A stretch of DNA of 63,939 nt, counting the filler, from Octopus bimaculoides (lineage: Eukaryota): the NCBI RefSeq assembly GCF_001194135.2. It is 7 parts of 7 records of this genome, joined end to end, with 100 filler letters (N's around TTAATTAATTAA, not from the genome) between each part and the next. Parts side by side here need not be neighbours in the genome. Positions count along the whole stretch, not along the records: positions 1 to 24,621 come from NC_068997.1; 6 more parts are not named here. The stretch is one strand, 5' to 3'. Position 1 is the first letter of the stretch; every line of letters begins with the position of its first letter. Both the position numbers and the translations under genes were made by a program. A model generated the notes under the pieces. That model was not told the DNA's origin. It saw only the letters and a list, made by a program, of their open reading frames with translations, and searched no databases. Shown here in pieces: positions 1 to 11,527 of the stretch.

Positions 1-928
1 GAAAGCAAGGGTTTGAAGGTAAACCTCGAGAAGACAAAGGTGATAGTGAATGGGGTGGAAAGAGAAGTGTTAGTGAGTAAGGTGGATCCATGTGGTGTAT
101 GTGGGAGGAGGCTAAAGGCAAATGTGGTGTTGTGTACAAGATGTGAGAAATGGATTCATGGTAGATGTACGAAAATGAAGAAGGTGACCCCAAGACAGAC
201 AAGAGAGTTTGTCTGAGGAAGATGTGAGAAAGGAGCTAGAGGGCTGGCGAAGTCAGAGGAAACATTGTGATGAGGTGGAGATGGTGAGAGGGTTTCGTTA
301 TTTGGGAGACAGGGTGGGTGTAAGTGGTGGATGTGAAACAGCTGTGACAGCAAGAGCGAGACTTGGCTGAGTGAAGTTCAGGGAATGTGGAGCATTATTA
401 TATGGGAAAAGTTTCTCATTGAAAATGAAAGGAAAAGTTTACAGGAGCTGTGTGAGAATTGCAATGCTGTATGGAAGTGAGATATGGTATTTGAAAGAGA
501 GAGAGATGGCAATTTTGAGAAAGACTGAGAGAGCAATGGTGAGAGAAATGTGTGGTGTGAGGCTGTTTGATATGAGGAGGACTGAGTATTTGATGGGGAT
601 GCTGGGGCTGGAGGAATCAGTGGAATGGCTGGCAAGGGCGAATGGAGTACAGTGGTATGGGCATGTGTTGAGAAGGGATCAGGAGCATATTCTGAAGAGG
701 GTGCTAGAGTTTGAGGTAAATGGACAGTGAAAGTGAGGTAGACAGAGGAAAATGTGGAGGGGACAGGTGGAGGAGGAGATTGGGAGGGTTGGCTTGAGAA
801 GAGAGGACGCCCAAAACCAGGCAAAATGGTGAGATGATGAGAGGGCAGTTGCTATGGCATTGAAGTAGATCCAACCATCCCCGTTAACGGGGACAAAACC
901 CGGATTCAAAATGATGAATGATGATGAT
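1..928 (+). mobile_element. RTE-clade LINE, decayed 3' part (RT C-terminus with Cys-rich insert, LYGSEIW, WYGHVLR) ending in a (TGA)n tail
   Basis: ORFs 13-216 (KVDPCGVCGRRLKANVVLCTRCEKWIHGRC) and 371-730 (AMLYGSEIW...GVQWYGHVLRR) match RTE C-terminal motifs; frameshifts and stops present. Confidence 0.8.
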
Positions 929-1099
929 ATATATATACATAAATATATGAAGCATTTAGGATCTATACAATCCAGGCAATTAACATGATAGCAATCCTGG
1001 TACTCTGAAAATACTATCGATGATATCGACTATCAAATTATCCATAAAATAATACTGTATTAACTTGTTAATATAATAATGTAATGTAATGTTCATCCA

Positions 1100-1400
1100 T
1101 TGTTGTTGATGATGATGAAGGACATCACATTTGAGAAGAAGATGGGTTATGGTGTGTCTGGCTATGCCTAGTCAGGCTGATGCATTCTTGAAAGATTCTG
1201 GCTCAGGTCAGGCACTGATGGTCTGCTGGAAATGAAGGCAAGGAGTTGGCTCTAGATCTGCACAGCTCACATTTTCTTTGTGCTCCTGCGATCATGTTTT
1301 GTTTGTAGGAAGTGGCACCTCTGTCGATGCAACTATGCCAGGCTGAATGGCCCTGTGCTTACATTTCCCAGGTACACATTGTATGTAACAACAATATGCT
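1100..1400 (-). mobile_element. Probable RTE/BovB-like LINE 3' end fragment
   Basis: (ATC)n-like tail at about 1100-1120 and a degenerate Cys-containing terminal motif (CELCRSR) on the minus strand. Confidence 0.3.
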
Positions 1401-2177
1401 GTGCATATATCATGGTATGATTACCATTAAGACATGGTTGGGAATAAACAAAATATGTTGGTGAATAATCAAAAGCTCCTGACAAAGTATTATCAATTTA
1501 ACTATCGCAATCAAAGAATTAAAGAAAAATAGTGTTATGATTTTTATTAATGTTTTTCATCAGTTCTTTTTTATTTGTGGTAGTTACAACTGACTTATGT
1601 CAAAGTATCTTTGTTATGTCATAGACAGTATCCAATTGTTACATGAGTACCCAGCTTCTCAGGATTGAAACTTTGTAGAATCTGAGAAGTTATAAATAAA
1701 AGTGGGTAAACTGATGATCAACTATGTAGTGTAAGAAACACTTGGGGCAATATGCATGGTGGCTTGATCTTGTGATACATTTTGATCCAGATTGAAGTGC
1801 AGGAGGAGTTTCAACTGAGTTCTCATTATCAACATTCCATCAAACCAGAAGAGACGTAGAAATTGGCTCTTTGTCAAGGGATGTAACTTTTAAGTTGTTA
1901 GTGCATATAGTCTGATGTTGGTGTTTGATAAGTAGACCAAAATATCTGGGGGTATGATGAACAGGTCCAAGATATGGTTGGTGAAGTACTTTTCTGAAGG
2001 CATCATCAGATACAAAATCCTCAGAGCATTTTTTTCAAATCTTTCAGTATCATCTCATCACTTTAATACATCTGGAGCCTAACATATAAGAAAGCAATAA
2101 CACCAATTTATTCTGGTTCTGCAGCATCTTACACAATCAGATCAGCAAAATATAATATCTGTGAAGTGGTTTCATTA

Positions 2178-2310
2178 AAAAGGGCATCCAACTGTAGAAA
2201 CCCAGCCAAAACAGACTATAGAACCTAGCACAGCCCCTAATTTTGCCAGCTCCTGTCAAGTCATCCAACCCATGGAAAATAGATGTTAAATACTGATGAT
2301 GATGATTAAG
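2178..2310 (+). mobile_element. Family C repeat (RTE 3'UTR-derived/SINE-like), degenerate
   Basis: AAGGGCATCCAACTGTAGAAAC...CATCCAACCCATG...(GAT)n matches the copies at 11125, 47335 and 51500. Confidence 0.6.
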
Positions 2311-2488
2311 CAGCTTGGAATATGTCAAAAGGCTGAAGCTGGCATTGAAATGCATCTTTGAATGTATTTTCAATTGAAAACAGCTGAACATTATTCACGT
2401 TGGGAAACAGAGTCGTATCACAGTTCTATATTTAAGAGATGAGGAATGATGTACATTATTTACATTTGACCTCATCTTGTTTGTTGTT

Positions 2489-2533
2489 AACACAATGTTT
2501 TGGCTGAATACCCTCCAGCCTTCATCAGGTGTC
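2489..2533 (-). ncRNA. Decayed minimal type-I hammerhead ribozyme motif
   Basis: GACAC-CUGAUGA-A-GGCUG-loop-CAGCC-AAAAC-AU-U-GUGUU: helix I (GACAC/GUGUU) and helix II (GGCUG/CAGCC) pair; the G12 and G16.2 positions are A, both explainable as CpG decay. Confidence 0.55.
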
Positions 2534-2594
2534 TTGGGGAAATTTTGAACCTGGGTTCTCATTCCCAAGGTATTTTTTGATGTTGTTGTTGCCA

Positions 2595-2662
2595 TTGCCT
2601 GAAATCGAACTTGGAATCTTGGGGTTAGTAGCCCAAGCTCTTAACCACTACGCCATATGCCC
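2595..2662 (-). promoter_or_regulatory. tRNA-like segment with Pol III A and B boxes
   Basis: A box TGGCGTAGTGG (2645-2655) and B-box-like GTTCGATTTC (2601-2610) at tRNA-like spacing. Confidence 0.6.
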
Positions 2663-3450
2663 ATGGGCAATTATAGCGTGAATTTTAGGGCTTATAAATC
2701 TAATATTTTCCTATCCTTCCTTAATACCAGTTCTCATATGCTATTCATATCTGCACTCGGTCTGCTTAGGAGGTTATTGTGTCCTAGCTTATGTGCTACT
2801 TCTTTTAGTTTTCGTATTTTCCAGTGGTGTTCTCTGTCTATTATTTTAACTTCAACCCACAGGGGGAAGTGGTCTCCATTTTTCCATACATGATCAAGCT
2901 ATACTTGATTTATCAATATCTCCTCGTGTCACAGCTTTGCAATGTTCCTTTACCCTTATTTTGAGAGGGCAGCATCTTTCGCCTTTGTATAACCTACCAC
3001 AGCTGCATGGGATGGAGTACATGCAGTTTTTGGTCATATTCTCTTCTTATTGGTGGTTTTACCCAAAGGAGATATTTGCAAAGTGTTGTATTACTCTTGA
3101 ATACTGTCCTGATGTCATATGGGCCTCATATCTTTTGTATCTTTTCGGAGAGGCTTTCCACATAGGGTAGATAGACTGTAGATAATTTATTGGTTTCATC
3201 CTCTCTTTTCTTCATAATTGGAGTAGATAGTAAATTTTTGGGGTAGTTGTTGCTTAATAGATTGTTACTGAGCTTGATCATTTCTTTGTTGTGGGTATCA
3301 CAATCACTACTTATATTCTTTGCTTGAGGTTTTAGGCACTGAGCAATTCCTCTCTTTACACTGTATGGATGGTGGGAATTGAAGTTAGGGTATCATCCAG
3401 TGAAGGTCGGCTTGCGGTATACGGATGTCCTGAATCCATACTAGTATACC

Positions 3451-3745
3451 AATAAGAAACTTGATGGAAATGTTGACCTTCTGTGTAGAAACTACCTATT
3501 TCAGTATGGACACTGATATATATTGACAGGAAGAGGGTTTAGCTATGGGTTCACCATTATCACCGACAATAGCCAATATATACATGGAATACTTTGAGAA
3601 TTTGGCTTTAGGATCAACACCACTAAAACCAACCCTATGGTTGTGATATGTTGATGACATCTTTATTCTCTGGCCCCACCAGGAAGATGTCCACTTGCTG
3701 TTAGATCATGTGAACTCAATAAAACCATCCATACAGTTCACATGT
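3451..3745 (+). mobile_element. Penelope-type RT core fragment, inverted relative to 2390-3450
   Basis: Translation MEMLTFCVETTYF..GLAMGSPLSPTIANIYMEYFE..YVDDIFILWPH..IQFT. Confidence 0.8.
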
Positions 3746-4169
3746 AGTAGGTTTGCACTCTCTGAGTGCTCTTGTTTTCTTTCTTTTTGTAGTTTACTTT
3801 ATAATTCCTCACATTGTTTCATCCTTACACAACAAATCTCTTTAAAGTAATATCATACAATGCTTCACCAAAGCTACTCCATATGTCTATCTGTCTGTCA
3901 TTATTCAGTTTTAATTCAAGATTTCTTGTCAATAGCAAAAGAGCCAGTTTCTAACCTAGATCCAAGATTCCTTCACTGGAATTTCAATATCATCAACAGA
4001 TATTTTTGGTTGTATGTATACATGCAGATTTGTATGTTTTGTTTATGTATGTCTTTTCATGCATATATTTGCATATCTAGACATGTTCATGTGTACTTAA
4101 ATAATAAACTTCTGGTAAGTTGTACAGATTTTTACAGTTCCAGTGATGGTTTGGCTCTGTAGTCTTTGA

Positions 4170-5000
4170 ATCAGTTCTCTTGTTTCTGGTTTTGAGAAGC
4201 TTAATTTCTCAGGATTGGTATTTAGGCAGTGTGTTACATAACCCAGTACCCAAATAATTACAGGTATAAACCCGAACTTGTAATATTGGATAGAGTAACT
4301 GCAGATTTCTCAATAGTTCAGTGCAGGTATTCTCTTTTCCACTAATCTTCAGCTTTACGTTAACATCTGCTGAGCAGCTGATTTCCACAACTGTACACAA
4401 TTTCTCTTCCCTATCTCAAATCATAATATCAAGTATATTGTGTTTACATTTTATTGAGATTTTCACTGGGGTATTCCACCAATATTCCTTTTTATTATGA
4501 GTGTCTATGGCTTCTACCATATTGTGGGTTCTTATTTCTTTGTCCTTGGGGTTATCCTTCCAATGGATTTCATTTCAATGGATGTCTCATGAGTAGATAA
4601 TACGTGATGACATTTTTGGACAACTGCTTATGGTGTGGGTGATATCTTCAGTGTTAACTCCACAAAGTCTACATCAGTTGTCACATTTTACTGCTTTTCC
4701 TGCATCCCTGTCCCTTTTGTGCATCAGGTATTTGGTTGATATTTCTTGTTCCTGGATTGCAGACATGTACCTTTCAAAGTGGGAGGTAGTAATCTGCTTA
4801 CTGGTCCATGATAGACTGCTTTGATGATCAATGTTACAATCATCTCAGAACTTTCTACTAACATATCCATGCATGGTCTTCTGCTCATATAGGCTCATCC
4901 TTTCATCTGATATGTTGTGGTAGAGTCATGCAACTTCTTTGGGTTTGTATTTAAAGTTATCAGATAAGGAATACTGCTCAAGGGGCTGCTTCCAAGTCTT
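4170..5000 (-). mobile_element. RLE-endonuclease (R2/R4/Dong-like) LINE 3' fragment, copy 1
   Basis: AIQEQEISTKYL, CCHC knuckle CRLCGVNTEDITHTISSCPKM, VVEISCSADVNVKLKISGKENTCTELLRNLQLLYP. Confidence 0.65.
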
Positions 5001-5009
5001 AAGATGTTA

Positions 5010-5900
5010 TCAGCCTCATGTATTTAAACTTGATCAAGGGATACACTTCAACACTTTACAAGATTACAAGAGCTGTAAGTTTCACGTTAATTTGCCATAA
5101 ATGTTCTCTTTTTCCTGAACTTTTGATAGTGCATTCACATCCACTGGATAGTTGACCTCTACAACAGTGCATGACCTTTGTTCCCTGTCCCACAAAATTA
5201 TATCAAGTTTGTTATGTTTACACTGAATTGCTGTTTTATGGGGTATTCCACTAGTATTCCTTGTTTATAAAGGTGTGAATACATACTGGTTCTGACATGC
5301 TTTTGACGTATACATCAGAGTAATCCTTCTTGCAGATAGCATTGCAATCGTTGCAACTATATCATGCCTTAAGGCAGGTAATGTAGACATTTTGTGGCAG
5401 CTGCTGGTGATGTGGGTGATATTTTCCACGCTTGGTATAGCAGAGCTGATGTTTCCTATCACAACAGAAGTTTGGTGGCATCTTTGTCCCTCTTGTTTAT
5501 CAGATATTTAATAGCTATTTCCTGTTCCTGGATAGTGAAGGCATATCCTTCTAGGTGGGATGTAATGTATCTATCACAGGCCCAGGAGCAGCTACTCTTC
5601 CTGTCAATGCTGTTGTTATTCTCTAGCTTAAGGAATATATACCCATGCATTGTTTTTTGCTGGTATGATGCTTGCTTTTCTTCCATGTTGCTGTTTAGGT
5701 AGGCCAGCCCAACCTCCTTTGGGTTGCATGAGACAGTTGTATTCTCAGGACACCTGCTCAGAAGTCTTCTCCAGCACTGAAGATGTTATTGCTCTCACTT
5801 TTGAGTATGCATGTAATGTACTATTTTCTTTCTTTACTGTTCAGCAGGTGTTGTCTGTGTAGACTGACCTTATGCCTCTACTGCCATAGCTTTGTCTCTC
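5010..5900 (-). mobile_element. RLE-endonuclease LINE 3' fragment, copy 2 (diverged)
   Basis: KTMHGY, AFTIQEQEIAIKYL, ENITHITSSCHKM..RHD, KHNKLDIILWDREQRSCTVVEVNYPVDVN..QEKENIYG. Confidence 0.65.
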
Positions 5901-6024
5901 ATAAATCCTATCAGTGTCACTGTTGGTGTGAAAGTTGCCATTGGTTGTGTGTGTGTGTGTGTGTAAAAATTAATTCCTTCATTCATGTGTGTATGTATGT
6001 ATGACAGTTGAATGTGCCAATAAT

Positions 6025-6240
6025 TTTTTCTACTCTAGGCACAAGACCCGAAATTTTTTGGTGAGGGGGTGGGGCAGGCAATTAGATAGACCCCAGTATG
6101 CAACTGGTACCTAATTTATTGACCCCGAAAGGATGAAAGGCAAAGTCGACCTTGGGGAATTTGAACTCAGAGTATAAAGACAGACGAAATGCCACTAAGC
6201 ATTTCGCCCGGCGTGCTAACATTTCTGCCAGCTCGCTTCC
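6025..6240 (-). mobile_element. SINE family A (tRNA-derived head, CCTTTCATCCTTTCGGGGTC core)
   Basis: Reverse complement of GAGCTGGCAGAA..TTAGCACGCCGGGCGAAATGCTTAG..GTCGACTTTGCCTTTCATCC; many copies in the window. Confidence 0.8.
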
Positions 6241-6541
6241 TTTGAATGCTCCAGTAATATAAGAGGATAAGTAACTGTTAGTCCATTAACAGTCTACTAA
6301 ACAACATATACCTCGGTTAGTAGTTCATTTTTTCTAATAAACCCTTAACTTTTGACCACTGCAATTTGGAAGATTGTTTATTTCCTCATAACTTACAAAA
6401 TATTTATTCCATTCACTTGAAATTTTCACGAAAGATAGATATTATATATATCTAAATATGTGCAATATATCTAGTTTCAACAAGTTGTTAATCTTCTATA
6501 ATAACTATTTCAATACACTTGCTCTTACTGACCCCTTATAT

Positions 6542-6573
<32 letters not shown>

Positions 6574-6686
6574 TATAACTCTCTTGTCATAGACAATTGA
6601 GGGTTCTATATTTTTTTATGAAGAACCTGCATAGATGATTTGTTAATGGTGATCAAATGTTTGTGTTGTACATTAGCTTATATATA

Positions 6687-6900
6687 TGAGGGGGTACTGA
6701 AAAGTAACCAGAAACGTTTTCTGTGGGACAAACAAACCCCTTGTAGTTCAGGCTTCTGCTTCTAGAAGCCACCTGATGTGACCCTCAGGCATCAGTCTAC
6801 TGACTGGCAGCATCTAGTAAAGTTGTATTGCCACATGGTGCGTCTTTGTTCATACACACATAATTTTTCTCGTCTGGCCGTAAAGCCTTTTCTGTTTGTT
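6687..6900. mobile_element. Possible mariner-type terminal fragment
   Basis: TA|TGAGGGGGTACTGAAAAGT resembles mariner TIRs; no partner end seen (gap follows). Confidence 0.3.
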
Positions 6901-7260
6901 TTCCTGTCTTGTTTTTTGTCCGCCACTACATTCCTCCATGGCAAGATTTAATTTGTGTATACAAATTTAATTTGCGGTCCATAGGAAGAGCCGTTTTAAC
7001 GATGCGTNNNNNNNNNNNNNNNNNNNNNNNNNNNNNNNNNNNNNNNNNNNNNNNNNNNNNNNNNNNNNNNNNNNNNNNNNNNNNNNNNNNNNNNNNNNNN
7101 NNNNNNNNNNNNNNNNNNNNNNNNNNNNNNNNNNNNNNNNNNNNNNNNNNNNNNNNNNNNNNNNNNNNNNNNNNNNNNNNNNNNNNNNNNNNNNNNNNNN
7201 NNNNNNNNNNNNNNNNNNNNNNNNNNNNNNNNNNNNNNNNNNNNNNNNNNNNNNNNNNNN

Positions 7261-8640
7261 CACCCTAACCATAGACTACCAGTACTAGATACAGAACTCT
7301 GGCTGGAAATTGTGAATAATAAAATCCAAATCCTTCATTCACACTATGCCAAACCTATGGCCTCCAAATACCTGATCCACCGGAACTCAGGTATCGCAGA
7401 CAATGCCAAATTAAATATATTGATGGCAGACCACATCAGAATAATGAGAAATGTGTCCTGCATGTGTGACCCTACAGAGTTAAAGAGACACATACAACAC
7501 TTTGCTTACAGCATGCAGTTCTCAGGATACAGCTATAGAGAAAGGATCAGAGTATACAAAGGAAATTTGAAACTATCATACGTAACGATAGGAATGGGAT
7601 TTGCCCATTCTATAGGAGCAAGTCATGGAACACCATTGAAAGGACTAAAATGAGAATAGGGAAGACCAGCTCATGGTATGATAGCAACAAATACCAGAGT
7701 GTCATGTTCATCAACACCACCCCTAGAGGCGAACTGGTGTACCACTTTAGAAGGGCTCTAGACAAACTTAAGCTAAGAATTAAGTTTGTAGAAAGGCCAG
7801 GCAATCCTATCAAATCCCTAATCGGTAGAACCTACCCTTTTAGTAGAACCTCCTGTACTAATAGGAACTGTATTGTATGTAGATTTAGCCCACAAACAAA
7901 CTGTAAAGCTAGGAATGTAGTCTATAGTATAAGTTGTACAGAGGGACAGTGCAGTAACAAGACAACGACGTATGTAGGGGAGACAGCATGGAGCATAGGA
8001 GAGCAGGTAAATGAGCATTGGAGGGAACTTACAGAAGAGAAGAGCTCATCAGTTCTGTATCAGCATACCGAGCAGGAACACGGGGGCTCACTCAACAACA
8101 TAGAAGTTAAAATCTTGTCCACACATAGAACAGATGCAATGCTTAGACAAATTACAGAAGCTACACACATAATAGAAGATAAACCTAGCCTGAATAGGAA
8201 ACTAGAATGGAACACTAGCACACACTCCCAACACACCACAACCTATGACAGAATAAGATCCCGATAAACTGATAGTAATATGAATATAATTACAATACAC
8301 AGATAAATAAATGGAATTACATAACTATATACATTAAAAAAATAAATTAAATTAAATTAAATACAATAAAGTAGAAAGAAAAGTAAGTAGATATAAACAA
8401 ATGAATAAAATAAATCAGGGGATACTGATAATGCAGGCACATTCCCTCCCCCCTTTCTAAACATAGACACACACAGGGATATATGCATGTGCAAATAAAG
8501 ACACATACAATAGGAATACAAAATGGCAGATCATTAGTAAGGAGAGACACACAAAAAAGAAAGAAGAAAGCAAAGGACCACTGAAGCAAGTGAACACCAA
8601 ATATATAGTGCGTTTGTTTTTATTGGCTTAACTGGTAACA
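7261..8640 (+). mobile_element. Penelope-like element: RT C-terminus + GIY-YIG (frameshifted) + 3' tail
   Basis: RLPVLDTELW..HYAKPMASKY (thumb); ORF 7650-8267 with CKARNVVYSISC..YVGET..EH and LRQITEATHI..PSLN. Confidence 0.8.
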
Positions 8641-8675
8641 TGACCATCCCCAAATACAATAATATATATATATAC

Positions 8676-8924
8676 ATAAAGTGAAGTATATTGCCACTTA
8701 AATGTGGCTGACCCCTAGGGGTGGATGTTACTGTTGCTTTGAAACTCGGGTCCGTTCGTGCTACAGATCACGATGAGAGGGATAACTTCCCTTGGCAAAA
8801 CAAACAGGACACAGAAGTGTGTCGATAAGCCAGCTGGAGGAGATGTCCTCCTGGGGCTAAAAGCAACAGTAACATCCACCCCTAGGGGTCAGCCACATTT
8901 AAGTGGCAATATACTTCACTTTAT
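8676..8924. mobile_element. MITE-like element with 65-bp perfect terminal inverted repeats
   Basis: 8676-8740 is the reverse complement of 8860-8924; the interior is homologous to an arm of the 24104-24576 foldback. Confidence 0.75.
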
Positions 8925-9650
8925 CGTGCAGTTACTGTTAATACCTCATTTAGAGAATTAACATTGCTTATATATACATACTTATACACATACACATATA
9001 AATGTATGTATATAGATATATGTATAGTAGGTAAGAAGGTGCTAGCATAAGTTTGGAATAGATTTCCAATGAATAAGTACTCAGACTGATCAGATTCCTA
9101 AATTCCAACTTCCTAGTGAAGAGGGAAATAATGGACAAACAATTATAAATGGTATTATAAGAGATGTTATACATATTCAAATTACATATTATTCAATTAG
9201 GCATATATAATTTGCATAGCAAATAAGCAAAAATATTTATCAATTTGCCAAATATTTCTGTTGGAAGGATGGGTGGCTTTTAGATCACGAGTGAGATAGT
9301 TGGATAATATCCATCGTCTCAGCTGGTCATGCTTGGAAATTATGTTTTTATATGAAGTGGTTTTGTTGAGTATGAACTGTATACTGTCAGTAAACCCATC
9401 CCTATCTACTGTCTATTCCAAACAGTACAAACTGAATAAAAAATAATTGTAATAATAGAAATACTAAGTTATGTCTCTTGAATAACCACTGAACAAATGT
9501 CATGGTGTGACATGGTATACTTTTACTTGTTTTTGTTTCTCAAATTTATCTCTCTTTCATTCCAAGTTTTGTTTAAGACTATTTTAGTTATATATGCGGG
9601 CATGTAATTATGCTTGGATATTTATGTGTGTGTATGTATATACATACATT

Positions 9651-9707
<57 letters not shown>

Positions 9708-10205
9708 NNNNNNNNNNNNNNNNNNNNNNNNNNNNNNNNNNNNNNNNNNNNNNNNNNNNNNNNNNNNNNNNNNNNNNNNNNNNNNNNNNNNNNNNNNNNN
9801 NNNNNNNNNNNNNNNNNNNNNNNNNNNNNNNNNNNNNNNNNNNNNNNNNNNNNNNNNNNNNNNNNNNNNNNNNNNNNNNNNNNNNNNNNNNNNNNNNNNN
9901 NNNNNNNNNNNNNNNNNNNNNNNNNNNNNNNNNNNNNNNNNNNNNNNNNNNNNNNNNNNNNNNNNNNNNNNNNNNNNNNNNNNNNNNNNNNNNNNNNNNN
10001 NNNNNNNNNNNNNNNNNNNNNNNNNNNNNNNNNNNNNNNNNNNNNNNNNNNNNNNNNNNNNNNNNNNNNNNNNNNNNNNNNNNNNNNNNNNNNNNNNNNN
10101 NNNNNNNNNNNNNNNNNNNNNNNNNNNNNNNNNNNNNNNNNNNNNNNNNNNNNNNNNNNNNNNNNNNNNNNNNNNNNNNNNNNNNNNNNNNNNNNNNNNN
10201 NNNNN

Positions 10206-10530
10206 TTGCTGGGTCTTCTCACGCACAGCACATTTCCAAAGGTCTCGGTCAGTAGTCATCGCCTTGGTGAGGCCCAATGTACAAAGGTCTTGCCTCACCA
10301 CCTCAGCCCAGGTCTTCCTGGGCCTACCTCTTCCACGGGTTCCCTCAACTGTTAGGGTGTGGCACTTTCTCACGCAGCTATCCTCATCCATTCTCACCAC
10401 ATGTCCATACCAGCGCAATCGTCTCTTTTGCACACCACAACTGATGCTTCTAATGTTCAGCTTTTCTCTCAAGATACTTACACTCTGACGGGTATTCACA
10501 TTGACATTACACATCCAACGGAGCATACTA
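10206..10530 (-). mobile_element. RTE LINE C-terminal fragment
   Basis: MLRWMCNV..RRLRWYGHVVRM..RGRGRPRKTW..DRDLW. Confidence 0.85.
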
Positions 10531-10809
10531 TATATGTATACATGTGTATACAAATGTGTATCTATATTTATGTATATTATTTAATAAACACAGTATATAT
10601 TTTTATGAGTTATTATTAGTTTTATGTAATGAAAACATCTCAAACAACATTTTTAACACATCTGGTACCTTCATGCAATCCTCAGGCTATGCCTATATGT
10701 CATAGCAAGCTTGCTGTGCCATGTCAGCATAACTCGAGGATTATGTGAAGGCACCGCATATGATAAAAAATACTGCCTGAGATATTTTCATCGCATGAAA
10801 CTAAAGTAG

Positions 10810-10845
<36 letters not shown>

Positions 10846-10854
10846 CAGAAGAAG

Positions 10855-10976
10855 AAAATGGAGTAATTGACATATAGACATCAATTTATTCAAAGATATT
10901 CAAATCAATATAATATATTACATTGATTTGAATATTTTTGAATAAACTGATGTCTATACATCAATTTCTCCATTTT
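10855..10976. repeat. ~120-bp imperfect AT-rich palindrome
   Basis: AAAATGGAG..GACATCA..TTCAAATCAAT mirrored by ATTGATTTGAA..TGATGTC..CTCCATTTT. Confidence 0.65.
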
Positions 10977-11124
10977 TTTCTTTTTAAAATGAATATTTTA
11001 AATACCAATATACACCACTGCAAAACTAAAATATTTAGTTTTCACTGAACACTGGTATAAACCAGAGAACTAGGATGCAAACGTCCCTTAAAAGATTATA
11101 GGCCCTTGGCATAATTATATATCA

Positions 11125-11412
11125 GCATCGTCATCATCATCATTATCATCATCATCATTATCATCATCGTTTAACGTCTGTTTTCCATGCTAGCACAGGT
11201 TGGATGGTTTGACCAGGATCTGAGAAACCAGGAGGCTGCACCAGGCTCCAGTCTGATCTGGCAGTGTTTCTACAGCTGGATCCTCTTCCTAACACCAACC
11301 ACTCCAAGAGTGTAGTGGGTGCTTTTTATGTGCCACCAGCACAGGGTCCAGAGGAGGCTGGCAAAGGCCACAATCGGTTGGTGCTTTTTACGTGCCACTG
11401 GCACGGAAGCCA
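11125..11412 (-). mobile_element. Family C repeat with (CAT)n tail
   Basis: CGTTTAACGTC..TTCCATGCTAGC..GTAGTGGGTGCTTTT, homologous to 47335 and 51500. Confidence 0.75.
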
Positions 11413-11429
11413 GTATATATATATACATA

Positions 11430-11527
11430 TATCATCATCATCATCATCATCATCATCGTTTAACGTCCGCTTTCCATGCTAGCATGGGTTGGACGATTTG
11501 ACTGAGGACTGGTGAAACCGGATGGCT
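11430..11527 (-). mobile_element. Family C repeat, truncated at its junction with a family B SINE
   Basis: (CAT)n tail + CGTTTAACGTCCGCTTTCC; ends at a GGCTG shared with the family B head. Confidence 0.7.

Larger units (their letters stand above)
2390..3450 (-). mobile_element. Penelope-like element, 3' part: RT thumb, GIY-YIG endonuclease and 3' repeat
   Basis: Manual minus-strand translation: SVYRKPTFTG.YPNFNSHHPYSVKRGI (thumb), TVYLPYVESLSEKI, NCMYSIPCSCGRLYKGE (GIY-YIG), IIDREHHWKIRKLKE; stops and frameshifts. Confidence 0.8.
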
